NCBI GenBank assembly: GCA_016861165.1
Contig: BOKV01000012.1
Coordinates: forward strand, 21,401-85,400
From: Alphaproteobacteria bacterium
Lineage (GTDB): Bacteria; Pseudomonadota; Alphaproteobacteria; Rhizobiales; Rhizobiaceae
Direction of reading: 5' to 3'
DNA: 64,000 nt
Program-made: the position numbers and the translations under genes
In this document: positions 20,140 to 30,400 of the stretch, one piece after another
Layout: each line of letters opens with the position of its first letter
Position numbering within the stretch: position 1 is the stretch's first letter
The notes under the pieces: model-generated
The model's input: only the letters and a program-made list of their open reading frames with translations
Told to the model about the DNA's origin: nothing
The model's database searches: none

Positions 20140-21249
20140 TTGAACGCGCCGCCGGCCCGCCCGCTTGCCGCCGGCGCGACGCTCGGCATCCTCGGCGGCG
20201 GCCAGCTCGGCCGGATGCTGGCGATGGCGGCTGCCAGGCTCGGCCTGCGGACGGCCATCTACGAGCCGGCGGCCGATTGCCCCGCCGCGGGCCTGGCCAG
20301 CCGTCATTTCGCCGCCGCCTATGACGACGCCGCCGCGCTCGGCGACTTCGCCCGGGCCTGCGACGTCGTCACCTACGAGTTCGAGAACGTGCCTGTTGCC
20401 GCCGCCGAGGCGATCGCCGCACTGACATCGGTGCGACCGGGCCCCAATGCGCTGGCCGTGAGCCAGGACCGGCTGGCCGAGAAGACCTTCCTGCGCGACC
20501 TCGGGATCGCCACCGTCCCGTTCTTCGCCGTCGATTCGGCCGCCGCGCTAGGCGCAGCGCTGGAGCGTTGCGGCGGCCGGGGCATCGTCAAGACGCGGCG
20601 TCTCGGCTATGACGGCAAGGGCCAGGTGGCGCTCGCATCGGCCGGCGAGGCCGACGCCGCCTGGCATGCGATCGGTCGGGCGCCCGCCATTCTCGAGGGC
20701 TTCGCCGATTTCGCCATCGAAGTCTCCGTCGTCGCCGCGCGCCACGCGGCGGGCAGGTTCGCCGCCTTTGACCCGGCCTGGAACGAGCATGAGGGCGGCA
20801 TGCTGCGGCGCTCACGCGTGCCGGCCCCGGTGAGCGAAAGGGTGAGCGAGGAGGCGACGGCGATCGCCCGCAGGATCCTCGACGCGCTCGACTATTGCGG
20901 CGTGATCGGCGTCGAGTTCTTTGTCACCGGAGAGGACCGGCTGCTGGTCAACGAGATCGCGCCGCGGGTGCACAATTCCGGCCACTGGACGGAGGCCGCC
21001 TGCCTGATCTCGCAGTTCGAGCAGCACGTTCGCGCCGTCGCCGGCTGGCCGCTCGGCTCGACGGGGCGCCACAGCGACTGCGTGATGGAGAACCTGATCG
21101 GCGCCGATGTCGACAGGGCGCCGGACCTGATCGGGCAGGGCGATTGCCTGGTGCACCTCTACGGCAAGGCGCAGACGCGGCCGGGCCGCAAGATGGGCCA
21201 TTTCACGCGCCTCATGGCGCTCGGCACCGCCGGCTGGCGGCACCGATGA
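20140..21249 (+). CDS. purK: N5-carboxyaminoimidazole ribonucleotide synthase
   Basis: LGILGGGQLGRMLA plus an ATP-grasp core (GYDGKGQ). There is no in-frame ATG after the purE stop, so the TTG at 20140 is the likely start. The listed ORF from 19879 overlaps purE. Confidence 0.9.
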   Translation: MNAPPARPLAAGATLGILGGGQLGRMLAMAAARLGLRTAIYEPAADCPAAGLASRHFAAAYDDAAALGDFARACDVVTYEFENVPVAAAEAIAALTSVRPGPNALAVSQDRLAEKTFLRDLGIATVPFFAVDSAAALGAALERCGGRGIVKTRRLGYDGKGQVALASAGEADAAWHAIGRAPAILEGFADFAIEVSVVAARHAAGRFAAFDPAWNEHEGGMLRRSRVPAPVSERVSEEATAIARRILDALDYCGVIGVEFFVTGEDRLLVNEIAPRVHNSGHWTEAACLISQFEQHVRAVAGWPLGSTGRHSDCVMENLIGADVDRAPDLIGQGDCLVHLYGKAQTRPGRKMGHFTRLMALGTAGWRHR

Positions 21250-21408
21250 AGCTGGCAACCCGCCCTCGCGTGATGCCGCAAGGGCGGAGTGCCGTTCGGC
21301 CGTCCCGGGTCCGCCGCGCCGCGCCGGCTTGACCTGAGTCAACGCCAGGGCACGGGCGGAGGCGGCAGGTGCACGGACCATCGAGGCCGGTCGACAAGGA
21401 TTGCGCTG

Positions 21409-22062
21409 ATGCCGTTCACCGTGGAAGACTTCCTTGCGGTCTTTGCCCGCTACAACGAGGCGATCTGGCCGCTCCAGATTCTCGCCTATCTGACAGGCGC
21501 GGGCATCGTCGCTTTGCTGGCGCGGCCCGGCCGGGGATCGGCCGCCGCAATCACGCTCGCGCTCGCCGGCCTGTGGGCCGTCAACGCCGTCGGCTATCAC
21601 TGGCACTTCTTCTCGGCGATCAATCCGCTGGCCAGGCTGTTCGGTGCCCTGTTCCTGATTCAGGCGGGGCTGCTCGCGGCTTGCGCCGTCTGGGCGAGGG
21701 ATCTGCGGTTTGCCTTCGTGGCCGACGCGCGCGGCATCGCCGGCGCGGCGCTGATCGCCTTCGCCGTTGTCGTCTATCCCCTGTGGGGCTGGGCGGCCGG
21801 CCATCACTACCCGGCGGTGCCGATGTTCGGCGTGGCTCCCTGTCCGACGACGATCTTCACCATCGGCGTATTGGTGATGGGGACCTGGCGCATCGTGAGG
21901 TTCCTGCTGGTGGTGCCGGTGCTGTGGTCGGCCGTCGGCGGATCGGCGGCGGTGCTGCTCGGCGTGCCGCAGGACCATGGTCTGGCCGTGAGCGGTCTGA
22001 TCGCGGTCGCGCTCGCCATCGGGCACTGGCTGGGCGTGCGCTTCGCCGTCCGTCTCAGGTGA
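21409..22062 (+). CDS. Integral membrane protein, DUF6064-like
   Basis: MPFTVEDFLAVFARYNEAIWPLQILAYL followed by 5-6 TM helices. ATG at 21409. Confidence 0.6.
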   Translation: MPFTVEDFLAVFARYNEAIWPLQILAYLTGAGIVALLARPGRGSAAAITLALAGLWAVNAVGYHWHFFSAINPLARLFGALFLIQAGLLAACAVWARDLRFAFVADARGIAGAALIAFAVVVYPLWGWAAGHHYPAVPMFGVAPCPTTIFTIGVLVMGTWRIVRFLLVVPVLWSAVGGSAAVLLGVPQDHGLAVSGLIAVALAIGHWLGVRFAVRLR

Positions 22063-22564
22063 GATCGCGGCGCATGAGCATGGCCGGGAAGGCCGTCCGT
22101 GCACCCATCGGGATATCGATGCGCGCGACCGTCGCAAAACCGAGCGCCTGGTAGAAGCCTTCGGCATTGAGGCTGGCATAGCATTCAAAACGGCTGACGC
22201 CGGCGGCGCGGGCATCCTCCTCGCAGCGGCGGTAGAGGGCGCGGCCGACGCCGCGGCCGATCCATTCGGGCCGGGTGGCGAAATGACGGACATGGCCGAG
22301 ACCCGGCACGACCTCGCCGGTGCCGGGGCGCTCGCGCGTCCAACCGCCGCAGCCGGCCAGTTCGCCGTCGTCCTGTTCAGCGACGTAGAAGGTGCCGGAA
22401 GACAGCAGCGCCGGGTTGGACCGCGTCATCGCCGGCAACGCGGCGCCGAGCACCGCCTCGTCATAGGCGGTCGCCATCAGTACCGGATAGGAAGCGGTCA
22501 GCAGCGCCGTCACCGCCTCGGCATCGGCGGGCGAGGTCACCCTGATGATAAAGGCCGACGGCAT
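22055..22564 (-). CDS. GNAT family N-acetyltransferase
   Basis: RGVGRALYRRCEEDARAAG, NAEGFYQALGF. ATG at 22564. It overlaps the convergent neighbour by 8 nt. Confidence 0.8.
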   Translation of the reverse strand: MPSAFIIRVTSPADAEAVTALLTASYPVLMATAYDEAVLGAALPAMTRSNPALLSSGTFYVAEQDDGELAGCGGWTRERPGTGEVVPGLGHVRHFATRPEWIGRGVGRALYRRCEEDARAAGVSRFECYASLNAEGFYQALGFATVARIDIPMGARTAFPAMLMRRDLT

Positions 22565-22590
22565 GGCCGGGCGATGAACGCCGTCCCTGC

Positions 22591-23625
22591 TCAGGCGGCC
22601 TGTTCGAGCTCGGTCCGCCAGGCACCGGTCGCGGCCAGGCCGTTCATGCGGGCGCGATGGGCGAAGGCACGCTGGGCAGCGGCGACGTTGTGCGGCTTGC
22701 CCTGCCAGGCGGCGAGCGCGGCGGCCTGCAACGCACGGCCATAGGAGAAGGTCAGCTTCCATGGCGGCGTGAACATCGCGTTCATGGCCGACAGGTGGGC
22801 GGTGGCGTCCGCGTCCGACTGGCCGCCGGAGAGGAAGGCGATGCCGGGCACCAGCGGCGGCACGGTCGATTTGAGGCAGCGCATGGTCTTCTCGGCCACC
22901 TCCTCGACGCTGACCTGCTGGCCCGACTTCTGGCCGGGCACGACCATGTTGGGCTTCAGGACCAGGCCCTCCAGGTTGACACCCGCGTCATAGAGCTCGG
23001 AAAACTGGGTCTTCAGCACCCATTCGGTGACCTCGTAGCAACGTTCGATCGAGTGGTGCGAATGCTCGCCGTCCATCAGCACCTCCGGTTCGACGATCGG
23101 CACGATGCCGGCCTCCTGACAGAGCGCGGCGTAACGGGCGAGCGCGTGGGCGTTGGCCTTGACGCAGTTCCACGACGGCGTGTCGGCGGTAATGGCGATC
23201 ACCGCCCGCCACTTGGCGAAGCGGGCGCCGGCCGCGTAGTAACGGATCAGCCGCTCGCGCAGACCGTCAAGCCCCTCGGTCACCGTCTCGACCTCGGAAC
23301 CGGGCATCAGCTTGGCACCCTTGTCGACCTTGATGCCGGGCACGGCGCCGGCGTCGCGGATCAGGTCGACGAGCGGGGTGCCGTCGGCCGCCTTCTGGAA
23401 CAGCGTCTCCTCGTAGAGGATGACGCCGGAAATGTGGTTCTTCATCGCCTCCCCGGCGCGGAACAACATCTCGCGATAGTCGCGCCGGCTGGCCTCCGTC
23501 GATTCGACGCCGATCGAATCAAAACGCTTCTTGATCGTTCCTGTCGATTCGTCGGCCGCCAGGATGCCCTTGCCCTCGGCGACCATGGCAATGGCAATGT
23601 CTTCGATTCGTTCGCTGGTCGTCAT
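22591..23625 (-). CDS. fba: Class I fructose-bisphosphate aldolase
   Basis: GKGILAADESTGTIKKRF, GVILYEETL, IVPIVEPEVL, LLKPNMV-like LVLKPNMVVPG. ATG at 23625. Confidence 0.9.
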   Translation of the reverse strand: MTTSERIEDIAIAMVAEGKGILAADESTGTIKKRFDSIGVESTEASRRDYREMLFRAGEAMKNHISGVILYEETLFQKAADGTPLVDLIRDAGAVPGIKVDKGAKLMPGSEVETVTEGLDGLRERLIRYYAAGARFAKWRAVIAITADTPSWNCVKANAHALARYAALCQEAGIVPIVEPEVLMDGEHSHHSIERCYEVTEWVLKTQFSELYDAGVNLEGLVLKPNMVVPGQKSGQQVSVEEVAEKTMRCLKSTVPPLVPGIAFLSGGQSDADATAHLSAMNAMFTPPWKLTFSYGRALQAAALAAWQGKPHNVAAAQRAFAHRARMNGLAATGAWRTELEQAA

Positions 23626-23789
23626 CGCAGGTCCTCCGCATGCGCTTGCTGGCGGCGGTGATAGCAGAGGGCGGCGGGGAGGGGAACCGGGCTCGTTGGC
23701 GCTCAATCGATTCGAATGAAGGAGCCCGCCGGGCGGGGTGCGGCCGCCGGCGGGCGTGTCGGTGGTCTGGGCTCGCGGAATGGCCGCGG

Positions 23790-23969
23790 TCAGCGGCCGA
23801 CGCGATGCAGGAAGGCCCTCGCCGCGGCCAGCATGCGCGGATCGGAGGGGTTCCAGCGGGCGGTGTTGTTGGCGTTCTCGCCCGTGAATTCAAAGCTGCC
23901 CTCGGCAGGCTTGAACTCGCCGTGATCGGCGCGACTGCGCGCCCGGCCACGGCCCATCATGCCGTACAT
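23790..23969 (-). CDS. Small protein of 59 aa and unknown function, below the 60-aa cutoff of the ORF track
   Basis: AAGGGAGAAG Shine-Dalgarno 4 nt upstream of the ATG at 23969. Host-like GC-rich third positions throughout. MYGMMGRGRARSRADHGEFKPAEGSFEFTGENANNTARWNPSDPRMLAAARAFLHRVGR. A GC hairpin follows the stop. Confidence 0.6.
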   Translation of the reverse strand: MYGMMGRGRARSRADHGEFKPAEGSFEFTGENANNTARWNPSDPRMLAAARAFLHRVGR

Positions 23970-24114
23970 TCTTCTTCTCCCTTGATTGGCCGACGAGCCT
24001 TATCGGCACTGCGGCACCGGCCATTCCTCGAGCCGGTGCCGCGGTCGGCATCATCTATACAGCGGGGCGCGGCGGCCGGTGTGCATTGGCGCACACCGCG
24101 CGCCGGCGGCCGGC

Positions 24115-25080
24115 CTAGGCCGCCCTGATCCCCGGGTGAGCCGCCACGCAGGCAAGCGCGATCGCCTCGATGTGGCGGTGGTCGGTGCCGCAGCAGCCGC
24201 CCAGCACCCGCAGGTTGGGCAGCAGCCGGCGCAGGCGGCGATAGTCCTGGCCGAGTTCGACCGGATCGCCGGCATCAAGCTCGGTCGCCTCGTCGAGCTC
24301 CTTGTGGCTGCGCCGCGAGGCATTGGCCCGCACCCCCCAGATGCGCTGCCGCCAGCCGCCGTCGCCGGCGAGCACGTGGCGAAAGTGGTCCGGGTGGGCG
24401 CAGTTGACCATGAAATAGCCGGCATAGCCGTCCGTGACCGTGTCGACCTCGGCGATCGCCTCGGCGAGCGTCTGGCCCGAAGGCAGGCGACCGTCGGTCT
24501 CGACCGTGAACGCGATCGCCACCGGCATGGCGGCCCGGCGCGCGGCGCGAACGATGCCGGTTGCCTCGTTGGCGTAGTTCATGGTCATGGCGCAGATCAT
24601 GTCGGCACCGGCCGCCTCGAAGCTCGCGATCTGGGCAGCGTGATAGGCCTCGGCCTCGTCGGCGCTCATGAAGCCGTCGGGACGATAGCCGTCACCGCGC
24701 GGGCCGACATTGCCCGAGACGACGATCGGGGCGCCGGGGCGCTCGAACTCGTCGCGCACGGCAAACAGCATCTCGACCGCCTCGCGGTTGACAGCGTCGA
24801 GCGCGGCCGCCGAATAGCCGAGCTTCGCTCCCCAGTCGGGGCTCGACCGCCAGGTCGCGCTCTCCAGGATGAAGCCGGCGCCGTGGCGGGCGGCCACGGT
24901 GGCATGACGGCGATAGTAGCCGAGCAGGGTCTGGCGTCCCGCGACCGTGCGCATGAGGTCGAAGGCGGCGAAGTGGGGCAGGTCGATTCCCTCGTGGAAC
25001 ACCATGGTCGTCTCCAGTCCGCCATCGGACAGAAAGATGCCGGACGAAAGCTGCGGCAGGTTGTTACGATACTTGCTCAT
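24115..25080 (-). CDS. Homocysteine S-methyltransferase family protein
   Basis: LSDGGLETTMVF, METNT-like AMTMNY, C-terminal GGCCGTDHRHI zinc site. ATG at 25080. Confidence 0.85.
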   Translation of the reverse strand: MSKYRNNLPQLSSGIFLSDGGLETTMVFHEGIDLPHFAAFDLMRTVAGRQTLLGYYRRHATVAARHGAGFILESATWRSSPDWGAKLGYSAAALDAVNREAVEMLFAVRDEFERPGAPIVVSGNVGPRGDGYRPDGFMSADEAEAYHAAQIASFEAAGADMICAMTMNYANEATGIVRAARRAAMPVAIAFTVETDGRLPSGQTLAEAIAEVDTVTDGYAGYFMVNCAHPDHFRHVLAGDGGWRQRIWGVRANASRRSHKELDEATELDAGDPVELGQDYRRLRRLLPNLRVLGGCCGTDHRHIEAIALACVAAHPGIRAA

Positions 25081-25368
25081 TGATCTATCGCTTCCCAAAA
25101 GTCGGCGTCCGCCGGCCGACACGGCCGGTGATGCCTGATCGAATGCCCCAGGGTGACGTCGCCGACGGCAACCAACCGCTGCGCGACTGCGCAACGCCCG
25201 TCCCGCTGCCATGCGGCCGACAGGCTCCTGAGATAGTGGCATCGGCGTCCGCGCGCCAGAGAACCCGTGGTGCGGATCGCAGGGAACCTTGAAAAAGCCG
25301 AGGAATCAGATAGTTGGGAACGCCACCGACGAAGGGGCCGGCCTCGCGCCAGGGAATTCGCGCAAATG

Positions 25369-25387
25369 ACTGTACCTCGGGTACAGT
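25369..25387. promoter_or_regulatory. Perfect palindrome ACTGTACC-TCG-GGTACAGT; candidate TetR operator
   Basis: Read directly. It lies 41 nt upstream of the TetR ATG, in the divergent intergenic region shared with the methyltransferase gene. Confidence 0.5.
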
Positions 25388-25427
25388 ATCGCGGTACCGC
25401 AGACGGGTTCCGGCAGGAGAGGCAGCA

Positions 25428-26051
25428 ATGGCGAGGGTCTCCGACACGCGCGAACGGATCATGGACATCGCCGAGAATGCGATCCTGGAGAAGGGGTTCT
25501 CGGCCACGTCGATCGACGAGATCATTGCCGCAGCCGGCATCACCAAGAGCGGCTTCTTCTACCATTTCGCCGACAAGACGGCGCTGGCCAAGGCCATACT
25601 CGTGCGCTACCTCGAGCGCGAGGACCGGATCATGGACGGCTTCTTCGAGCGCGGGCGCGAGCTGGCCGAGGACCCGCTGCAGGCCTTCCTGGTCGGGCTC
25701 AAGCTGTTCGCCGAGGCCATGTATGATCTGCCGGCAGCCCATCCGGGCTGCCTCGTGGCGACCTATTGCTATCAGGAGCGGCTGTTCGACCGCGACATCC
25801 GCGAGATGATGCGCGAGGGCGCGCTCAACTGGCGGCGGCGCTTTCTCGCCATGATCGACGAGATCGAGCAGCGCTATCCGCCCAACGACCAGGTCGATCG
25901 CGAGGCGCTCGCCGACATGATCAACGCGGTCGTCGAAGGTGGCATCGTGATGTCGAAGACGCTGAACGACCCGCGATCGCTGGGCGACCAGGTGATGCTG
26001 TTCCGCTCCTACGTCAAGCTGCTCTACGCGTCGCGGGAGGCTGCCGCCTGA
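25428..26051 (+). CDS. TetR/AcrR family transcriptional regulator
   Basis: RERIMDIAENAILEKGFSATSIDEIIAAAGITKSGFFYHFADK. AGGAGA Shine-Dalgarno upstream of the ATG at 25428. Confidence 0.9.
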   Translation: MARVSDTRERIMDIAENAILEKGFSATSIDEIIAAAGITKSGFFYHFADKTALAKAILVRYLEREDRIMDGFFERGRELAEDPLQAFLVGLKLFAEAMYDLPAAHPGCLVATYCYQERLFDRDIREMMREGALNWRRRFLAMIDEIEQRYPPNDQVDREALADMINAVVEGGIVMSKTLNDPRSLGDQVMLFRSYVKLLYASREAAA

Positions 26052-26301
26052 CCGCCGGTCCGGCGCGGCTGCCGACGCGCAGCAGGAAGGCCTGGGCGGC
26101 GGCGCGCAGCCGGGGATTGTCGTGCGCAGGCGTGCCGGCGGCGCAACCGGTGGTCCCGCCAGCGCGCGGGGCGGCGGCCGGCCAGGTCAGGCGCGGCGCC
26201 GCGCAGGCGGGGACCAGTCTGAAACTTTCGAGATCGTTGCGCATCTGGGCCGCTCCCGTGTCCGGTCGTGCAATCTTGATGAAACGCAGTATCGCACGGT
26301 C

Positions 26302-26325
26302 CTCCTGACAGCTGACTGTCAGGAG
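26302..26325. terminator. Perfect 10-bp hairpin CTCCTGACAG-ctga-CTGTCAGGAG between convergent TetR and pgk; possible bidirectional terminator
   Basis: Read directly. No T-run on either side, hence low confidence as a terminator. Confidence 0.35.
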
Positions 26326-26390
26326 CGTTCAGCAGGGCACGGAAATCGGGGCGTCAGTCTGCCGGCCGCCAGCCGCCCGACCCGCGCCGG

Positions 26391-27587
26391 TCAGCCCCTG
26401 GCGAGCGCCGCCACGCCCGGCAGCTCCTTGCCTTCCATCCATTCGAGGAAGGCGCCGCCGGCGGTCGAGACATAGGTGAAATCGCCCGCGACACCGGCCT
26501 GGTTCAAGGCGGCGACGGTGTCGCCGCCGCCGGCGACCGAGACCAGCTTGCCGTCGCCGGTCAGCCTGGCGGCCAGCTGCGCCGCGGCGACGGTCGCCTG
26601 GTCGAACGGCTTCAGCTCGAAGGCGCCAAGCGGGCCGTTCCAGACCAGCGTCGCGGCGTCCTCGATCGCCGCGCGGATGCGCTCCAACGATTGCGGGCCG
26701 GCGTCGAGGATCATGCCGTCCTCTGGGATGGCGTCGACGCCATAGATCTGGTGCGGGGCATCGGCCTCGAAATGCCAGGCGACAACGGCGTCGACCGGCA
26801 GGATGACGGCGCAGCTGGCGGTCTTGGCTTTCTCCATGATGCGCCGGGCGGTGTCGGCGAGGTCCTTCTCGCACAGCGACTTGCCGACGCCGAGGCCCTG
26901 GGCGAACAGGAAGGTGTTGGCCATGCCGCCGCCGATCACCAGCGCATCGACCCTGGCGACGAGGTTCTCCAGCAGGTCGATCTTGGTCGACACCTTGGCT
27001 CCGCCGACGATGGCGATGACCGGCCGCCTGGGGCTGCCGAGCCCCTTCTCCAGCGCCTCGAGTTCGGCCTGCATGGCGCGGCCGGCATAGGCGGGCAGCA
27101 GGCGGGCCAGCCCCTCGGTGGAGGCATGGGCACGGTGGGCGGCGGAGAAGGCGTCGTTGACATAGACATCGCCATTGGCCGCGAGCGCGCGGGCAAATTC
27201 CGGGTCGTTCTTTTCTTCGCCGGCGTGGAAGCGGGTGTTCTCCAGGAGCAGCACGTCGCCGTCGCCGAGCGCGGCAATGGCGGCGGCCGCGGTCTCGCCG
27301 ATGCAGTCGGCGGCGAAAGCGACGGGGCGCCCCAGCAGCCGCGACAGTGCCGCGCCGACCGGGCGCAGCGACATCTCCGGCACCGGCCGGCCCTTGGGCC
27401 GGTCGAAATGGGCGAGCAGGACCACCCTGCCACCCTTGCCGGCGATCTCGGTGATGGTCGGCAGCACGCGCTCGATACGGGTGGTATCGGCGACGGCGCC
27501 CTGCTCCATCGGCACGTTGAGATCGACGCGCAGCAGCACCCGCCTGCCGCGGGGATCGAGATCGTCGAGCGTGCTGAATTTGGGCAT
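26391..27587 (-). CDS. pgk: Phosphoglycerate kinase
   Basis: [55 protein letters not shown] Shine-Dalgarno upstream of the ATG at 27587. Confidence 0.95.
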   Translation of the reverse strand: MPKFSTLDDLDPRGRRVLLRVDLNVPMEQGAVADTTRIERVLPTITEIAGKGGRVVLLAHFDRPKGRPVPEMSLRPVGAALSRLLGRPVAFAADCIGETAAAAIAALGDGDVLLLENTRFHAGEEKNDPEFARALAANGDVYVNDAFSAAHRAHASTEGLARLLPAYAGRAMQAELEALEKGLGSPRRPVIAIVGGAKVSTKIDLLENLVARVDALVIGGGMANTFLFAQGLGVGKSLCEKDLADTARRIMEKAKTASCAVILPVDAVVAWHFEADAPHQIYGVDAIPEDGMILDAGPQSLERIRAAIEDAATLVWNGPLGAFELKPFDQATVAAAQLAARLTGDGKLVSVAGGGDTVAALNQAGVAGDFTYVSTAGGAFLEWMEGKELPGVAALARG

Positions 27588-29618
27588 GGCGGGGGTTCCT
27601 TCCTGGTCGCGACCGGACATTAAAGCAGAATGTGATTCAACGGGACCGGGATTTCGCCCCGCCTGCTTGTCTTGTCCCGCCATCTTGTCGGCCGCGCGTT
27701 GTCGCTCGGCGATATGAGGCTGTAGCGGAGGCGCCGGCGGATGCAAGGCAGACGGCGCGGTCGCGACATCTTGTGCTGGCGGCGGGTCGCCCAACGCGGC
27801 CTTGGCGGCACGGCGGGAGGCGGTGTAGCGGGCAAGCGCGGCGATGCGGCGGCGCATCTCGCCAGGCAGCAGCAGGCGCGGCAACTTCCGGCGCGTTGGG
27901 TCGGGTTCGATCGACAGGCCGACGGAGACGATCCTGCCCGCCTCATCGACATCGCGGGCGATCAGTTCAACCGGACCGAGCGGCACCCGATCGGCATATT
28001 CGGGCTTGCCGGCAAGGCGGCCGGCCATCAGCTCGGCAATGCTCAGCTCGCGTTCCTCGGGCCGGATCACAGCCCCGTAGGCGGCCTCGATTTCGGCGGC
28101 CGGCTGGTCTGGCGACAGCGAGAAGGTCCCGAAGAAGTCGGGGTCCTCGGGGTCGACCTCGGTGGGACTGGCGAACAGGCGGTCGAGCAGGCGCGGATAG
28201 CGGTCGGCGACGAAAATGTAGACGTGGTCACCGGCCAGCAGCCGGCCGGCGTCCTGGTACTTCATCGAGCGGCCGCCGCGTACCACCAGCGACGGCCGTG
28301 CCCAGCGTGGAATGCGCACGCCGCGCTCGACCGGGCTGCCGGCAACGACGGTATAGGCGAGCAGTTCGTGATGGGCGGCGCCCGGCAGCTCCAGCTCAAC
28401 CTTCTCCAGCGGGCCGATGCGGGCGGGAACCGCCAGGCCCAACCGGCGGGCGAGCGGGCCGATGGTCCAGCCCTGGACCAGCAGCGAGACCAGCACGATC
28501 AGGAAGGCGATGTTGAAGATGTCGCGGCCGTGGGCGAGCCCGCCCAATAGCGGCGTGATGGCGAGCAGGATCGAGACGGCGCCGCGCAGGCCGACCCAGG
28601 CAATGAAGGTGATCTCGGCCGGCTGGTAGCGGAAGGGCAGCAGGCACAGCCCCACGGCAACGGGGCGGGCGACGATGATCAGCGCCACGCCGAGGACAAT
28701 GGCGACCGGCAGCAGCTGGGCGAACTGGGAGGGCGTGGCGAACAGGCCGAGCACCAGGAACATGATGATCTGGGAGAGCCAGGAGACGCCGTTCTGGAAG
28801 CGAGTCAGCGCGGCGGCGCCACGCAGGCGCAGATTGCCGGCGACCAGCCCGGCGACATAGACGGCGAGGAAACCCGATCCGCCGACGGCGCCGGCGGCGG
28901 CGAAGACGAGCAGGGCGAGCGCCAGCACGAAGATCGGCATCAGGCCGGCATCGAGCGCCAGCACGCGCACGAAACGCGTGATCGCCAGCCCGCCGATCAG
29001 TCCGGCGGCGGCACCGAGCCCGAGCTGGACGAGAAAGCCGGCGATGATCTCGCCGAGCAGGGTTCCGGGGCCGGGCGTGGCGCCGAGCGACATCACGCTG
29101 ACCAGCGTCAGCGTCAGGAAGATGGCAATCGGGTCGTTGCTGCCCGATTCGATCTCGAGCGTGGAGCGGACTCGGTCGCGGATGTGCAGGTTGCCGGCGC
29201 GCAGCAGGAAGAAGACGGCGGCCGCATCGGTGGAGGCGAGCGCGGCGGCGAGCAGCAGCGATTCGAGCCAGGTGAAGCCGGTAACGAGCCAGGCGATTGC
29301 GGCAAGCACGACGGTGGTCAGCACGACGCCGACGGTGGCCAGCACCAGCGCCGGCGCCGCAGCCTGGCGAAACGAGGAAATCGGCGTGCCGAAGCCCGAC
29401 TCGAACAGGATGACGGCCAGCGCCAGTGAGCCGACGAAATAGGCGACAGGCGCGTTGTCGAACTGGATGCCGAGCCCATCTGTGCCGGTAACCAGCCCGA
29501 TGAGCAGGAACAGCAGCAGCAGCGGGGTGCCGACGCGCAGGGCGATCAGGCTCGAGAAGGCGGCAAGCAGCACCAATGCCGTCCCGACGAGCGTGATAAA
29601 GTAGACTTCCTGACCCAT
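27588..29618 (-). CDS. K+(Na+)/H+ antiporter of the CPA1 NhaP2/CvrA type with a C-terminal RCK_C domain; no in-frame stop before pgk
   Basis: 12-13 TM segments ([22 protein letters not shown]). RCK_C-like segment [29 protein letters not shown]. The frame stays open through a low-GC3 tail into the pgk ATG; see the finding. Confidence 0.8.
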
Positions 29619-29770
29619 ACCGACTGCCTGCCCCGCCTCGAACCGGCTTATGCCTTACTGGCGCGAAGCAATGCCGGCGACAAGACCATGCGCCGATTCG
29701 GCGGTGCGAACGTGGTCTTTGTGCGGCAGGGCGGCCGGCGGGGATGACGCCGTCCCCGTTGCGCGACCGG

Positions 29771-30349
29771 TCAGAGGGTCTTGACCATGAGGATCCACTC
29801 GCTGCCGCGGGTCACCCAGCCCTCCTTGACCATCGGCCGGCGCGCCCGCTCGCGATAGCCGGAGCGGGCGTAAAGGCGGCGGCCGCCCGCGTTGTTGTCG
29901 GCGACGATCAGGCTTAGTCCGGACAGCCGCTCAGCGGCGGCGATGCGCTCGGCGAGGGCGAGCAGGGCGGAGCCGAGGCCGCGGCCGCGATGGTGCGGCA
30001 AGGCGGCGAGCACGTTGACGTACCAGGTCGAGGGCGCCAGGTTCTCCAGTTCCTGCAGGGGGCGGAACAGCGCCGGCAGATCGTCGGCGATCGGCCCGGG
30101 TCGCGCGGCGATCGGATAGCCGGTCAGGCTGGCAACGGCACCGGTGCCCTCGTCGATGACGACGACCTCGCCGCGCTCGGCCCGTTGCGCCTGGCGCCGG
30201 CGGCCGAACTCCCATGGGTCCTCGCCGGGCCCGGCCAGCGTCGACCAGATGTATTCGGGCAGGCCCTCGCCGGCGTGGTTGACCAGTTCGGCCAGCACGG
30301 GCGCGTCGGCGGCAGTGGCGAGGCGGAACGGCGGTTCGAGGTCGATCAT
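29771..30349 (-). CDS. GNAT family N-acetyltransferase
   Basis: HHRGRGLGSALLALAERIAA, RRLYARSGY. Confidence 0.8.
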   Translation of the reverse strand: MIDLEPPFRLATAADAPVLAELVNHAGEGLPEYIWSTLAGPGEDPWEFGRRRQAQRAERGEVVVIDEGTGAVASLTGYPIAARPGPIADDLPALFRPLQELENLAPSTWYVNVLAALPHHRGRGLGSALLALAERIAAAERLSGLSLIVADNNAGGRRLYARSGYRERARRPMVKEGWVTRGSEWILMVKTL

Positions 30350-30400
30350 GACTCAGCTCACCCATCAGCGGCGGCCGCCGCGGCGGCGCAGCGCCCGCTG

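Noticed and set aside
25081-25368. SAM-type riboswitch upstream of the homocysteine S-methyltransferase gene.
   Set aside because: I found no AAAGCU or pseudoknot signature of SAM-II or SAM-V. A covariance-model scan would still be needed to be certain.
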